64,000 nt of DNA. Source: Verrucomicrobiota bacterium. GTDB lineage: Bacteria > Verrucomicrobiota > Verrucomicrobiia > Limisphaerales > AAA164-E04. Each line of letters opens with the position of its first letter. The stretch's first letter is position 1. This document shows positions 18,984 to 28,015 of the stretch, in pieces. The notes below the pieces were generated by a model that had not been told where the DNA came from, did no database searches, and saw nothing but the letters and a program-made list of their open reading frames with translations. The position numbers were made by a program, and so were the translations under genes. Location: NCBI GenBank assembly GCA_047947115.1, contig CP170459.1, positions 2,272,001 to 2,336,000 of the forward strand. The letters run 5' to 3'.

Positions 18984-20549
18984 CTATTGGTAGAATTCTG
19001 ATGAAAAACCTGTCGCTTTTGAACCTTTAATGGACCGGTGATAAAATTGAGTACCCCGATCGCGTTGTAGGGGGATGGATTTCCCTTTGGTTTCTTCCAG
19101 CAGGTCGAAAAGCGCTTGATTCATGGCTTTGATGCGATCCTGATGTCGATCTTCACGGATCAGATTGTGCAGTTCATGAGGATCACTTTTCAGATCATAC
19201 AATTCGTCTTTATCCCAAATGCCGTGGTAGCGAATGTATTTGTAGCGCTCCCCGCGAATGGCGTGCGTGGTCGGTGTCTGGGGGTAGTTCCGTTCCCAAA
19301 GGTATTCATATAACAAATAGGATCGCCATTCCGTTGACTCACCTTTCAGGAATGGTAAGAAGGAACTCCCGTCCATATGGCCAGGAATGGTCACTCCGGC
19401 CAGGTCCAATAGTGTGGGGGCAATGTCAATGTTGGCAACGGTCTGGGAGACCTTTGTTCCCGGTCTGTTGAGCCGGGGATACCGGACCAGCATCGGGATG
19501 CGCATGGATTCTTCATACGCGTTGCGTTTATCGATCAGTCCGTGCTCGCCGAATAGGAAGCCATTGTCGCCCAGATAGATCACCAGGGTGTTCTCTGCTT
19601 CGCCCGACTCATCCAGCCAATGGAGTAACTCGCCCACACTGTCATCGACTGCCAGCAGGGTTTCACAGTAGCGTTGATAGTATTGTTCCATGTCCAGATT
19701 CGTGTAATACGCGTATTCGACTCCATGGCGGCTGTTACGCTGGTTTTGCACCCACAAGGGTTTGGTGCGGGCAATGTCCGGATTGTCCTTCCAATCCTTA
19801 TGGATGGGGAGCTTTTCGTTCCGATAACGGTAGGCATGTCTCTCGGCTGGAATGAAATCCGCATGTGCTGCTTTATGGGAAACATAGAGGAAGAATGGTT
19901 TCTCCTTTTTTCGGTGCTTTAGCCAATCCAGACTGAATGCGGTCAGTTCGTCTGTGATGTATCCGTCTTGGGATTGGCGTTCCGTTCCATTGATATTGAA
20001 TCCATCGCGACTGGCCTGCGGCACAAATCGGCCTTTGACGGATGATTTTGCCGGATCTGTCCAATAAACACCCTGTCCCTTGAAGCTAACCCAGTGATCG
20101 AAGCCGCGCTGTGGGTGGTCGATATTTCCTCCCATGTGCCACTTGCCGACAAATGCTGTTTCGTATCCGCTCTGTTGCAACAATTCAGGGAAAAAGGTCA
20201 GATCCTCACGGACGGGATTGTAATTATCGATCACACCATGATTGTGGGCATACAAGCCAGTCAGGATCGACGCGCGGCTTGGGCTGCATAAGGATGTGGT
20301 GACGAAAGCGTTTTCGAAATGAGTTCCTTCCCGGGCAAGTCGATCCATGTGAGGTGTTTCAATGAACGGGTGGCCCATGAATCCCATGGCGTCAAATCGA
20401 TGGTCATCGCACAGGATCAACAGGATATTGGGTCGATTCTCGGCGCATAGCATCGGCTGTATGGAGGTGAAAAAGCTTATGTTGCACGCAATAAAGCTGT
20501 AAAAGAGCCAATGGGTCACACCGTTTTTTATCCGGAGTTTGGAGATCAT
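18984..20549 (-). CDS. Formylglycine-dependent (Cys-type) sulfatase
   Basis: RPNILLILCDD, LCSPSRASILTG, VGKWH, GDNGFLFGEHGLIDKR, ELYDLKSDPHELHNL. Confidence 0.95.
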   Translation of the reverse strand: MISKLRIKNGVTHWLFYSFIACNISFFTSIQPMLCAENRPNILLILCDDHRFDAMGFMGHPFIETPHMDRLAREGTHFENAFVTTSLCSPSRASILTGLYAHNHGVIDNYNPVREDLTFFPELLQQSGYETAFVGKWHMGGNIDHPQRGFDHWVSFKGQGVYWTDPAKSSVKGRFVPQASRDGFNINGTERQSQDGYITDELTAFSLDWLKHRKKEKPFFLYVSHKAAHADFIPAERHAYRYRNEKLPIHKDWKDNPDIARTKPLWVQNQRNSRHGVEYAYYTNLDMEQYYQRYCETLLAVDDSVGELLHWLDESGEAENTLVIYLGDNGFLFGEHGLIDKRNAYEESMRIPMLVRYPRLNRPGTKVSQTVANIDIAPTLLDLAGVTIPGHMDGSSFLPFLKGESTEWRSYLLYEYLWERNYPQTPTTHAIRGERYKYIRYHGIWDKDELYDLKSDPHELHNLIREDRHQDRIKAMNQALFDLLEETKGKSIPLQRDRGTQFYHRSIKGSKATGFSSEFYQ

Positions 20550-20675
20550 GCGCTTATCCTACCCAAACCCTTTACCTCGCCAAATCGAAAATGCTTCCAA
20601 GATGTGCATTCGCAACTATTCAGCGAAGTCACCAAAATCATTGAAAAAGGGCTCAGCATGACTATGCTTCGGTTC

Positions 20676-21683
20676 ATGACTATCCAGTGGAGATTTTTAT
20701 TGTTGGCGTTATGTGGTCTTTGGTTGGCCGGTTGTGGTTCTGAAAACGCCGCCAAGGAGGATGATGGTACCCTCCGAATCGCGGTGATTCCGAAAGGGAC
20801 CACCCATGAATTCTGGCGTTCCATCCATGCCGGTGCGGTAAAAGCTGAAAAAGAACTCAATGCTGAAGGCAAGAAGATTGAGGTGATATGGAAGGGACCG
20901 CTCAAGGAAGATGATCGCGATCAGCAGATCAGTCTGGTGCAAAATTTTACGACATCCGGAGTGGACGGTATTGTTTTGGCTCCACTGGATGCGCAGGCTT
21001 TGGTTTCACCCGTTGAAATCGCCCAAAGCGCGGGTATTCCGGTAGTGATTATTGATTCCGGTTTGAACACCGACAAATACGTCAGCTTTGTTGCCACAGA
21101 TAATTTGAAAGGCGGTCAAATGGCCGGTGAATACCTCGCCAATCAGTTGAAAAACGAAGGAAAAGTCATTTTGTTGCGTTATGCAGTGGGATCGGCCAGT
21201 ACCGAAAAGCGTGAAAACGGATTTCTTTCTGCCCTCGAAAAGAGTCCCAACATTCAGTTGATCTCTTCGGATCAATACGCCGGACCAACCCGCGAAACGG
21301 CTTATCAGAACTCCCAAAACCTGCTCAACCGTTTTGGTCAGGAAGTGAATGCCATTTTCTGTGTGAACGAAAACTCCACCATCGGCATGACCAAAGCGCT
21401 TCGCGAAATCGGTCGCGCTGGCGGTGAAGTCAAGATGATCGGATTTGATGCCGGTTCCCAATCCATCAAAGACATGGAAAGCGGCGACGTGCAGGGGCTG
21501 GTGGTTCAGGACCCGGTGCGTATGGGTTACGAAGGGGTCAAGACCATCGTGGCACACATCGAAGGCAAGCAGGTTGAAAAACGCATTGATACCGGTGTGG
21601 TGATGATCACTCCGGAGAACCTCAATGATGAAGAATCCCAACGCCTGCTGAATCCTCCCATCGACGAATATCTGGGTGAATAA
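20676..21683 (+). CDS. Sugar ABC transporter substrate-binding lipoprotein (RbsB-like)
   Basis: Lipobox LAGC, IAVIPKGTTHEFW, IPVVIIDS, VATDN, VVQDP. Start chosen from the lipoprotein signal and the upstream TTGAAA-16-TATGCT promoter. Confidence 0.92.
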   Translation: MTIQWRFLLLALCGLWLAGCGSENAAKEDDGTLRIAVIPKGTTHEFWRSIHAGAVKAEKELNAEGKKIEVIWKGPLKEDDRDQQISLVQNFTTSGVDGIVLAPLDAQALVSPVEIAQSAGIPVVIIDSGLNTDKYVSFVATDNLKGGQMAGEYLANQLKNEGKVILLRYAVGSASTEKRENGFLSALEKSPNIQLISSDQYAGPTRETAYQNSQNLLNRFGQEVNAIFCVNENSTIGMTKALREIGRAGGEVKMIGFDAGSQSIKDMESGDVQGLVVQDPVRMGYEGVKTIVAHIEGKQVEKRIDTGVVMITPENLNDEESQRLLNPPIDEYLGE

Positions 21684-21695
21684 GCGCGAAATGAA

Positions 21696-23282
21696 TTGAA
21701 CAACGTGTCCACCGAACCACCCATGCAGTCGTCTGTGGCGGAGACTCCGGCTCTGCGTCTCCAAATGAAGGGAGTGCGCAAGTCCTTTGGCGCGACCAAA
21801 GCCTTGAGAGGTGTGAGTTTCGAAGTGGGACCTGCCGAAGTTCACACTTTGATCGGTGAGAACGGTGCTGGCAAGAGCACCCTGATGAAGGTGATCAGCG
21901 GGGTGCATGCTCCGGATGAAGGCAGTATTTTATTGGACGGGCAACCCTTCCAGCCCAAAAACCCGCAACACGCCCGGTTGTCAGGCATCGCCATGATTTA
22001 TCAGGAGCTCAACCTGGCTCCGGACTTGTCGGTGATGGAAAACATTACTCTTGGGGATGAGCCATGTTCCTGGGGGTGGCGCCGTATTTCGGAGCAAAGG
22101 GCGCGCACTTTCGAGGCGCTTGAAAAACTGGACCATACCTCGTTGCCTCTCGATCTTCCGGTCAATCGCCTGAGCATCGCCGAGCAACAGATTGTCGAGA
22201 TCGCCCGCGCGTTGATTGGACGTCCCAAAGTCCTGATCATGGACGAACCCACCAGCAGCCTGACTCAGGTGGATGTTCAGAATTTGTTTCGTGTGATCGG
22301 ACGGCTCAAGGACAGCGGGGTGAGTGTGGTTTACATCAGCCATTTCCTTGAAGAATGCCAGCAGATCAGTGATCGCTACACCGTATTGCGGGATGGTGAA
22401 TCGGTGGCCAGCGGGGATATGAAAAAGGCTGATCTGCAGGATATCATCCATCAAATGGTCGGTCGCGAGATGAAGGATATTTATCCCCGCAAGGAACATT
22501 CCATTGGAGAACCGGTGCTTGAAATGGAAGCGTTGGCGGGACGCGAAAAGCCCAGGTCGGCCACCATACAATTGTGCAAAGGTGAGATTTTCGGTGTGGC
22601 TGGTTTGGTCGGAGCAGGGCGGACCGAGACCTTGCGGGCTTGTTTCGGTTTGGACAAAGTGGCTGCTGGCCGCATTGCGGTTTTTGGCCAGGAATCCACC
22701 CATGCCACGCCCACGCAACGTTTGTCACAAGGGATGGGGTTGTTGAGCGAAAACCGAAAAGAGGAAGGACTTTTGTTAAACCGCGACCTGGCCGACAACC
22801 TGACACTGACCCGCTTTGAAGGTATCTCAAAAATGGGATTCATCCCCGTAAGGGCGCAAACTGAAAAGGCTCAACACTGGATTGAAAAACTTCAGGTCAA
22901 AACCCGCAGTCCGCGTCAAAACGTCGGAGAACTGTCCGGCGGCAATCAACAAAAAATCGCCATCGCAAGATTGCTGCATCATGACGCGGACATTCTGCTC
23001 TTGGATGAACCCACCCGAGGCATTGATATCGGCAGCAAAGCCCAGATTTACAGTCTGATTTGCGAACTGGCCAAAAGAGGCAAAGCCATCGTGTTTGTGA
23101 GTTCCTACCTGCCGGAATTACTGGGGATTTGCGACACCATCGGCGTGATGTGCCGCGGTGAAATCAAAACCAAACGACCGGCCGATCAATGGACCGAACA
23201 CGAGTTGATTGGGGTGGCTGTCGGACAAATTGCCGAATCTGGCTCAAACGAAACCGATCCTGACCTTCAATCGGCTGAATAA
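21696..23282 (+). CDS. Sugar ABC transporter ATP-binding protein (RbsA-like, two ABC domains)
   Basis: GENGAGKST, IMDEPT, LSGGNQQK, LLDEPTRGIDIG. Confidence 0.95.
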   Translation: MNNVSTEPPMQSSVAETPALRLQMKGVRKSFGATKALRGVSFEVGPAEVHTLIGENGAGKSTLMKVISGVHAPDEGSILLDGQPFQPKNPQHARLSGIAMIYQELNLAPDLSVMENITLGDEPCSWGWRRISEQRARTFEALEKLDHTSLPLDLPVNRLSIAEQQIVEIARALIGRPKVLIMDEPTSSLTQVDVQNLFRVIGRLKDSGVSVVYISHFLEECQQISDRYTVLRDGESVASGDMKKADLQDIIHQMVGREMKDIYPRKEHSIGEPVLEMEALAGREKPRSATIQLCKGEIFGVAGLVGAGRTETLRACFGLDKVAAGRIAVFGQESTHATPTQRLSQGMGLLSENRKEEGLLLNRDLADNLTLTRFEGISKMGFIPVRAQTEKAQHWIEKLQVKTRSPRQNVGELSGGNQQKIAIARLLHHDADILLLDEPTRGIDIGSKAQIYSLICELAKRGKAIVFVSSYLPELLGICDTIGVMCRGEIKTKRPADQWTEHELIGVAVGQIAESGSNETDPDLQSAE

Positions 23283-23301
23283 CTTTTTACTATCCGAACA
23301 C

Positions 23302-24288
23302 ATGGCAACTCACACAGATTCAAAAGATCGATTCGATTGGAAGAAATTCCTCAACTCCTTCGGGCCTTTGTTTGGCCTCCTGCTCGTCATCGGATTGTTT
23401 TCATTGAGCGAAGAACTGCGACCGGTCTTTTTCACCGGAGGCAATGCCAAACTCATCCTCACCCAGACTGTCATCGTGGCCACCGGGGCTCTGGGTATGA
23501 CGCTGGTGATTGTCAGTGGCGGGATTGATTTGAGCGCCGGGTCGGTGGTGGCCTTGACCAGTGTGGTGGCTGCCACGTTGTTGGTTCAGGAAGTTCATCC
23601 GGTTGCCGTGGTTTTGCTGACGGTTCTTGCTGGAGGCTGCATTGGCGCCATCAATGGCGGCATCATCGCCGGGTTCAAAATGGTACCATTCATTGTGACG
23701 CTGGGGATGATGGGGATCGCGCGCGGTGTCTCCAAATGGCTGGGAAACAATCAAACTGTCAATCCCGAGAACAATCCTCTCAATCGCCTGATGGAACCAG
23801 TCAATCCTCTGGAACTTTGGCCGCTGCCCCTCGGGGTGTGGGTGACCATTGGACTGGCTTTGATCATGATGGTTATCATGAAATACTCCATTTTTGGCCG
23901 CTACATATTCGCCATCGGTTCCAATGAAGACACCGCACGTCTGTGCGGTATTCGTGTGCGAACAACCAAGGTGATGATTTATGCGCTGGCCGGACTGTTC
24001 TTTGGTTTGGCGGGCTTGATGCAATACTCCCGTTTGACCCAGGGAGATCCAACGGTGGCGATCGGACTTGAACTTGAGATCATTGCCGCAGTAGTGATTG
24101 GTGGTGCCAGCCTCAGTGGGGGTGCCGGCAGCATCTCGGGAACCATTCTTGGCGCACTGATCATGGGCGTGCTCAAAAGCGGATCCAGCCAGATGAATTG
24201 GCCCACCTACATGCAGGAGATCATCATCGGCATCGTCATCATCCTGGCCGTCGGCCTCGACAAATGGCGCCAGAGCAAACAGAGCTGA
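23302..24288 (+). CDS. Sugar ABC transporter permease (RbsC-like)
   Basis: GGIDLSAGS, PFIVTLG, GRYIFAIGSN, ELEIIAAVVIGGASLSGG. Confidence 0.94.
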   Translation: MATHTDSKDRFDWKKFLNSFGPLFGLLLVIGLFSLSEELRPVFFTGGNAKLILTQTVIVATGALGMTLVIVSGGIDLSAGSVVALTSVVAATLLVQEVHPVAVVLLTVLAGGCIGAINGGIIAGFKMVPFIVTLGMMGIARGVSKWLGNNQTVNPENNPLNRLMEPVNPLELWPLPLGVWVTIGLALIMMVIMKYSIFGRYIFAIGSNEDTARLCGIRVRTTKVMIYALAGLFFGLAGLMQYSRLTQGDPTVAIGLELEIIAAVVIGGASLSGGAGSISGTILGALIMGVLKSGSSQMNWPTYMQEIIIGIVIILAVGLDKWRQSKQS

Positions 24289-24294
24289 ATTCTC

Positions 24295-25050
24295 AGGGAC
24301 GCGGCACTCCGCGTCCGGTTGTGTGTCCGAACAACGATTCAGGCCTTCGAATACCCATCGCGCGAGCGCGGCCCTGCGGCAGCAGGGCCCTACCGAAGGT
24401 GTGATGGTAGGGACGCGGTGCCCCGCGTCCGCGAAGGAGTTGTAGCATTCAAGCATCAAGAGAACATTGAACGCGTCATAGCCGAGCAGCCTACCAGGAT
24501 GTGATGGTAGATGGGGCGCGGCTCTCCGCGTCCGGTTGTATGTCCGAACAACGATTCAGGCCTTCGAATACCCATCGCGCGAGCGCGGCCCTGCGGCAGC
24601 AGGGCCCTACCGAAGGTATGATGGTAGGGACGCGGTGCCCCGCGTCCGCGAAGGAGTTGTAGCATTCAAGCATCAAGAAAACATCGAACGCGTCATAGCC
24701 GAGCAGCCTACCAGGATGTGATGGTAGATGGGGCGCGGCTCTCCGCGTCCGGTTGTGTGTCCGAACAACGATTCAGGCCTTCGAATACCCATCACGCGCA
24801 CGCGGCCCTGCGGCAGCAGGGCCCTACCGAAGGTGTGATGGTAGGGACGCGGTGCCCCGCGTCCGTGAACGATTTGTAGCATTCAAACATCAAGAGAACA
24901 TTGAACGCGTCATAGCCGAGCAGCCTACCAGGATGTAATGGTAGATGGGGCGCGGCACTCCGCGTCCGGTTGTTTGTCCGAACAACGATTCAGGCCTTCG
25001 AATACCCATCGCGCGCACGCGGCCCTGCGGCAGCAGGGCCCTACCGAAGG
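24295..25050. repeat. Tandem array of about 3.5 x 217-bp units built from GTAG-type REP palindromes (REPIN/BIME-like)
   Basis: Equivalent positions recur at 24319, 24536, 24753 and 24970. Each unit has GGTAG-GGACGCGG-N4-CCGCGTCC hairpins and inverted GGCCCTGCGGCAGCAGGGCC-CTACC hairpins. Confidence 0.92.
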
Positions 25051-25109
25051 CAGGTTCATTACAGCTCGGTACTTGACCCGACAGCGGTTTCAAAGCATGT
25101 TCGGGAATC

Positions 25110-26552
25110 TTGAAAACATTTCTTATCCAACTCTCTCTATGCATGACTGCACTGGTTCTTAATGCTGCGGAGCCGGAGAAGTCGGTCATTCAAATCATGA
25201 CCTTCAGTCAGGAGCCCGATTGGGACGAACCCTGGAACTCCAGTCGAGTCCGTGGTTCCAGTGGATCGGGGTTCATCATCGAGGGCAACCGCATCATGAC
25301 CAACGCCCACGTCATCAGTTGGGCCAAGCAGATACAAGTGCGACGCTTTCAGGATTCGAGACCGCACATTGCCGAGGTGGCTTTTGTTGGGCATGACTGT
25401 GATCTGGCCATTCTGACCGTGGATGACGAGTCCTTTTTTGATGGATTGGAGCCGTTGCCCATCGGTGTTTTGCCCAAAGTGCGCTCAGTTGTGAACACCA
25501 TTGGATACCCTGCCGGCGGGGAGCAGATTTCCTACACGAGTGGTGTGGTGAGTCGAATTGAGATCATCAATTATGTTCAGCCTGGCAACCGTAGTCTGCT
25601 GGCGGTGCAAACAGACGCGGCGATCAATCCTGGTAACTCCGGTGGTCCGGTTTTGCAGGATGACCGGGTGGTCGGGGTGGCATTTCAAGGCACTCCGGGA
25701 CTTGAAAACACCGGATTCTTCATCCCGCCACCGGTGATTCAGCATTTTCTGAAGGACGTGGAAGACGGAGAATACAATGGTTTCCCTCAGGCAGGCATTC
25801 GTTTGTCGCCTTTGATCAATCAGGCATACCGCAATTATTTAAAATTAACGGAGTCGGATGCCGGCGCTCGAATCGATAATTTGATCAGTGATTCAGCCAA
25901 AGAGTATTTGAAAGAAGATGACGTCTTGTTGGAAGCCAACGGTTACGAGGTTGCCGCAGATGCCACTATCATCTACGAAGGAAATCAGGTGCACGGAGGG
26001 ATCGCCTTCAGTCAGGCTCAACACGGAGCCAAAGTGCCGATCAAGGTGTTGAGAGATGGAAAGGTGATTGATTTGGTGCTGCCTGTTTTTGTGAATCAGG
26101 ATGATCGACTGGAGGGGAATCAATACACTGAGCCTAGGTATTATGTTTACTCCGGGCTGGTCTTCACTCCGTTGAGTAGGGATTTTCTTGGCACTTTCGG
26201 TCAAAACTGGTCGGCGGTCGCCGGCATTGGGTTGCTTTACGAATTATTTTACAAGAAGAACACGGAACCCGAAGAGGCCCGCACCGAGCCGGTCATGCTC
26301 TCCACGGTTCTTTCCCACAGCGTCAACGCAAACATGGAAATCCGCGGCCGCGTTCTGGTGGACTCCATCAACGGGAAACGCATTGATTCGCTCCAGGACG
26401 TTGTGGATGCGCTGGAGTCCAATAAAGGATCCCATCATTTGATCGAATTTGGCGAGCGTCTTGGCTTCGAATGTCTGGACCGTGAAGCCGCCGATCAGGC
26501 AAACGCAGAGATACTCGAAACATACGGCATTCAACAGGATCGAAAATTATGA
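25110..26552 (+). CDS. Secreted Deg/HtrA (S1C) serine protease, Deg2/Deg9-like with two PDZ-type domains
   Basis: Intact triad TNAHV / DCDLA / NPGNSGGP; YYVYSGLVFTPLS PDZ2-type motif; signal peptide; TTG start. Confidence 0.92.
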   Translation: MKTFLIQLSLCMTALVLNAAEPEKSVIQIMTFSQEPDWDEPWNSSRVRGSSGSGFIIEGNRIMTNAHVISWAKQIQVRRFQDSRPHIAEVAFVGHDCDLAILTVDDESFFDGLEPLPIGVLPKVRSVVNTIGYPAGGEQISYTSGVVSRIEIINYVQPGNRSLLAVQTDAAINPGNSGGPVLQDDRVVGVAFQGTPGLENTGFFIPPPVIQHFLKDVEDGEYNGFPQAGIRLSPLINQAYRNYLKLTESDAGARIDNLISDSAKEYLKEDDVLLEANGYEVAADATIIYEGNQVHGGIAFSQAQHGAKVPIKVLRDGKVIDLVLPVFVNQDDRLEGNQYTEPRYYVYSGLVFTPLSRDFLGTFGQNWSAVAGIGLLYELFYKKNTEPEEARTEPVMLSTVLSHSVNANMEIRGRVLVDSINGKRIDSLQDVVDALESNKGSHHLIEFGERLGFECLDREAADQANAEILETYGIQQDRKL

Positions 26553-28015
26553 TCAAGCGCTTTCATTACGTGTTGCTGGCGGGGTTGTTCCTCCTTTCCG
26601 CCCTCGAAATCCAAGCCGAAAATGAATCGGCCAACTGGGAGAAATCCCTGGTACAGATCGAATCCACCCGTCATCAGTACGAGTATTTTCAACCTTGGGC
26701 ACGTCGCACCTCGTCCAACAACAAATTCGGCGTGGTTGTTCAAGGCAAACAGATCGTCACGACGGCGGATTTTCTTTTCGATCATACCGTATTGCGTGTT
26801 CAGAAGGGTGGACGTGGTTCGTGGTATGAGGCCTCTTTGAAGTGGATTGATTACCATGCCAATCTGGCCCTGATTGCAGTGGAGGATGAAGCCTTCTGGG
26901 AAGATTTGGTGCCGGTGAAGTTTGCTGATCCAGTGCCAACTGTCGGTGATGTGCGCTTGATTCGCTGGAATGATGGCCGGTTGGAAATGCGACGCCTGGA
27001 AATGAATCGCCTCCGAATGGGGCGGGGGGCACTCACATACATTGACATTCCGCAGTTGGAACTGGATTCCGAAATTGACGGTGTGGGTTGGTCAGAAGCA
27101 ATCGTTCACCAGGATCGAGTGATAGGTCTAACCTCTTCGCAAGCCAGAAGCAAGTGCACCGCCGTTCCCTCGTTTTTTGTGCAACAGGTGTTGGACTTGG
27201 TCGCTGAGGACAAATATCCGGGACTTGGTTATTTCAATTTTTACTGGAAACGCGCCGAGAATCCGGCAGTACTCGACTACCTGAAATTGCCGGGAGAAAA
27301 GCGCGGCGTCATCGTAACCGAAATCATTGCGGTTCCCGGTCATGAAACAGCTCTGAAGCCCAAGGATATTCTGCTGAAAGTGGATGGCTTTGATATCGAC
27401 ATCGTGGGTGACTATGACGATCCCGATTATGGTAAAATGATGCTGGAACGTCTGGCGACGCGTGATCATTGGGCCGGTGATAAAATCCCGATGACCGTCT
27501 GGCGTGACGGTGCTTCGGTAGATATCGAGTTCAAACTGGCTCAGGCGGACTTTTCCAAACAATACGTTCCTACCTCTCAATTTGACATGCCCCCATCCTA
27601 CATGATGGCGGGTGGGCTTGTGTTCCAGCCGTTGACCGAGCCTTACCTGCAGAGTTGGGGAGCTGAATGGAAACGCAGGGCTCCCGTCCGATTGGTACGA
27701 CTTTCAGAAAAACCCGCCAGTGAGGAAGAAGCCGGATGCGTTGTCCTTTCCCTGGTGTTACCAGACCCATACAATCTCGGTTACCAGGATTATCGCTACC
27801 TTGCCCTCGAGAAAGTCAATGATGTGAAGATCATCGATTTACCCGATCTGAAAAAAGCGTTCGATCAGCCGAAGGACGGCTTCCATGTCATTGAATTCAT
27901 GCATGGCGAAGCGGTGAAAAGAATGGTGCTTGATGCCGAACTATTGAAATCCGCCACCCAGCGCGTGATGTTCCGCTATCGTTTGCCAACCGATTACGTG
28001 GTGGGTGAGGAATAG
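26549..28015 (+). CDS. Deg/HtrA-like pseudoprotease (catalytic triad lost) with PDZ domains
   Basis: Colinear with the upstream protease (YMMAGGLVFQPLT, DILLKVDG), but the triad motifs read TTADF / HANLA / DGVGWSEA. Signal peptide; ATGA overlap. Confidence 0.85.
   Translation: MIKRFHYVLLAGLFLLSALEIQAENESANWEKSLVQIESTRHQYEYFQPWARRTSSNNKFGVVVQGKQIVTTADFLFDHTVLRVQKGGRGSWYEASLKWIDYHANLALIAVEDEAFWEDLVPVKFADPVPTVGDVRLIRWNDGRLEMRRLEMNRLRMGRGALTYIDIPQLELDSEIDGVGWSEAIVHQDRVIGLTSSQARSKCTAVPSFFVQQVLDLVAEDKYPGLGYFNFYWKRAENPAVLDYLKLPGEKRGVIVTEIIAVPGHETALKPKDILLKVDGFDIDIVGDYDDPDYGKMMLERLATRDHWAGDKIPMTVWRDGASVDIEFKLAQADFSKQYVPTSQFDMPPSYMMAGGLVFQPLTEPYLQSWGAEWKRRAPVRLVRLSEKPASEEEAGCVVLSLVLPDPYNLGYQDYRYLALEKVNDVKIIDLPDLKKAFDQPKDGFHVIEFMHGEAVKRMVLDAELLKSATQRVMFRYRLPTDYVVGEE

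Noticed and set aside
21006..24459. Minus-strand ORFs of 300, 245 and 352 aa
   Set aside because: They lie opposite well-supported sugar ABC genes and are explained by codon bias.
24295..25050. CRISPR array
   Set aside because: The sequences between palindromes are near-identical from unit to unit, the period is 217 bp, and no cas genes are present.
24319..25189. Repeated 61-69 aa ORFs on both strands within the array
   Set aside because: They are by-products of the repeat: no SD, no recognisable domain, and the unit length is not a multiple of 3.
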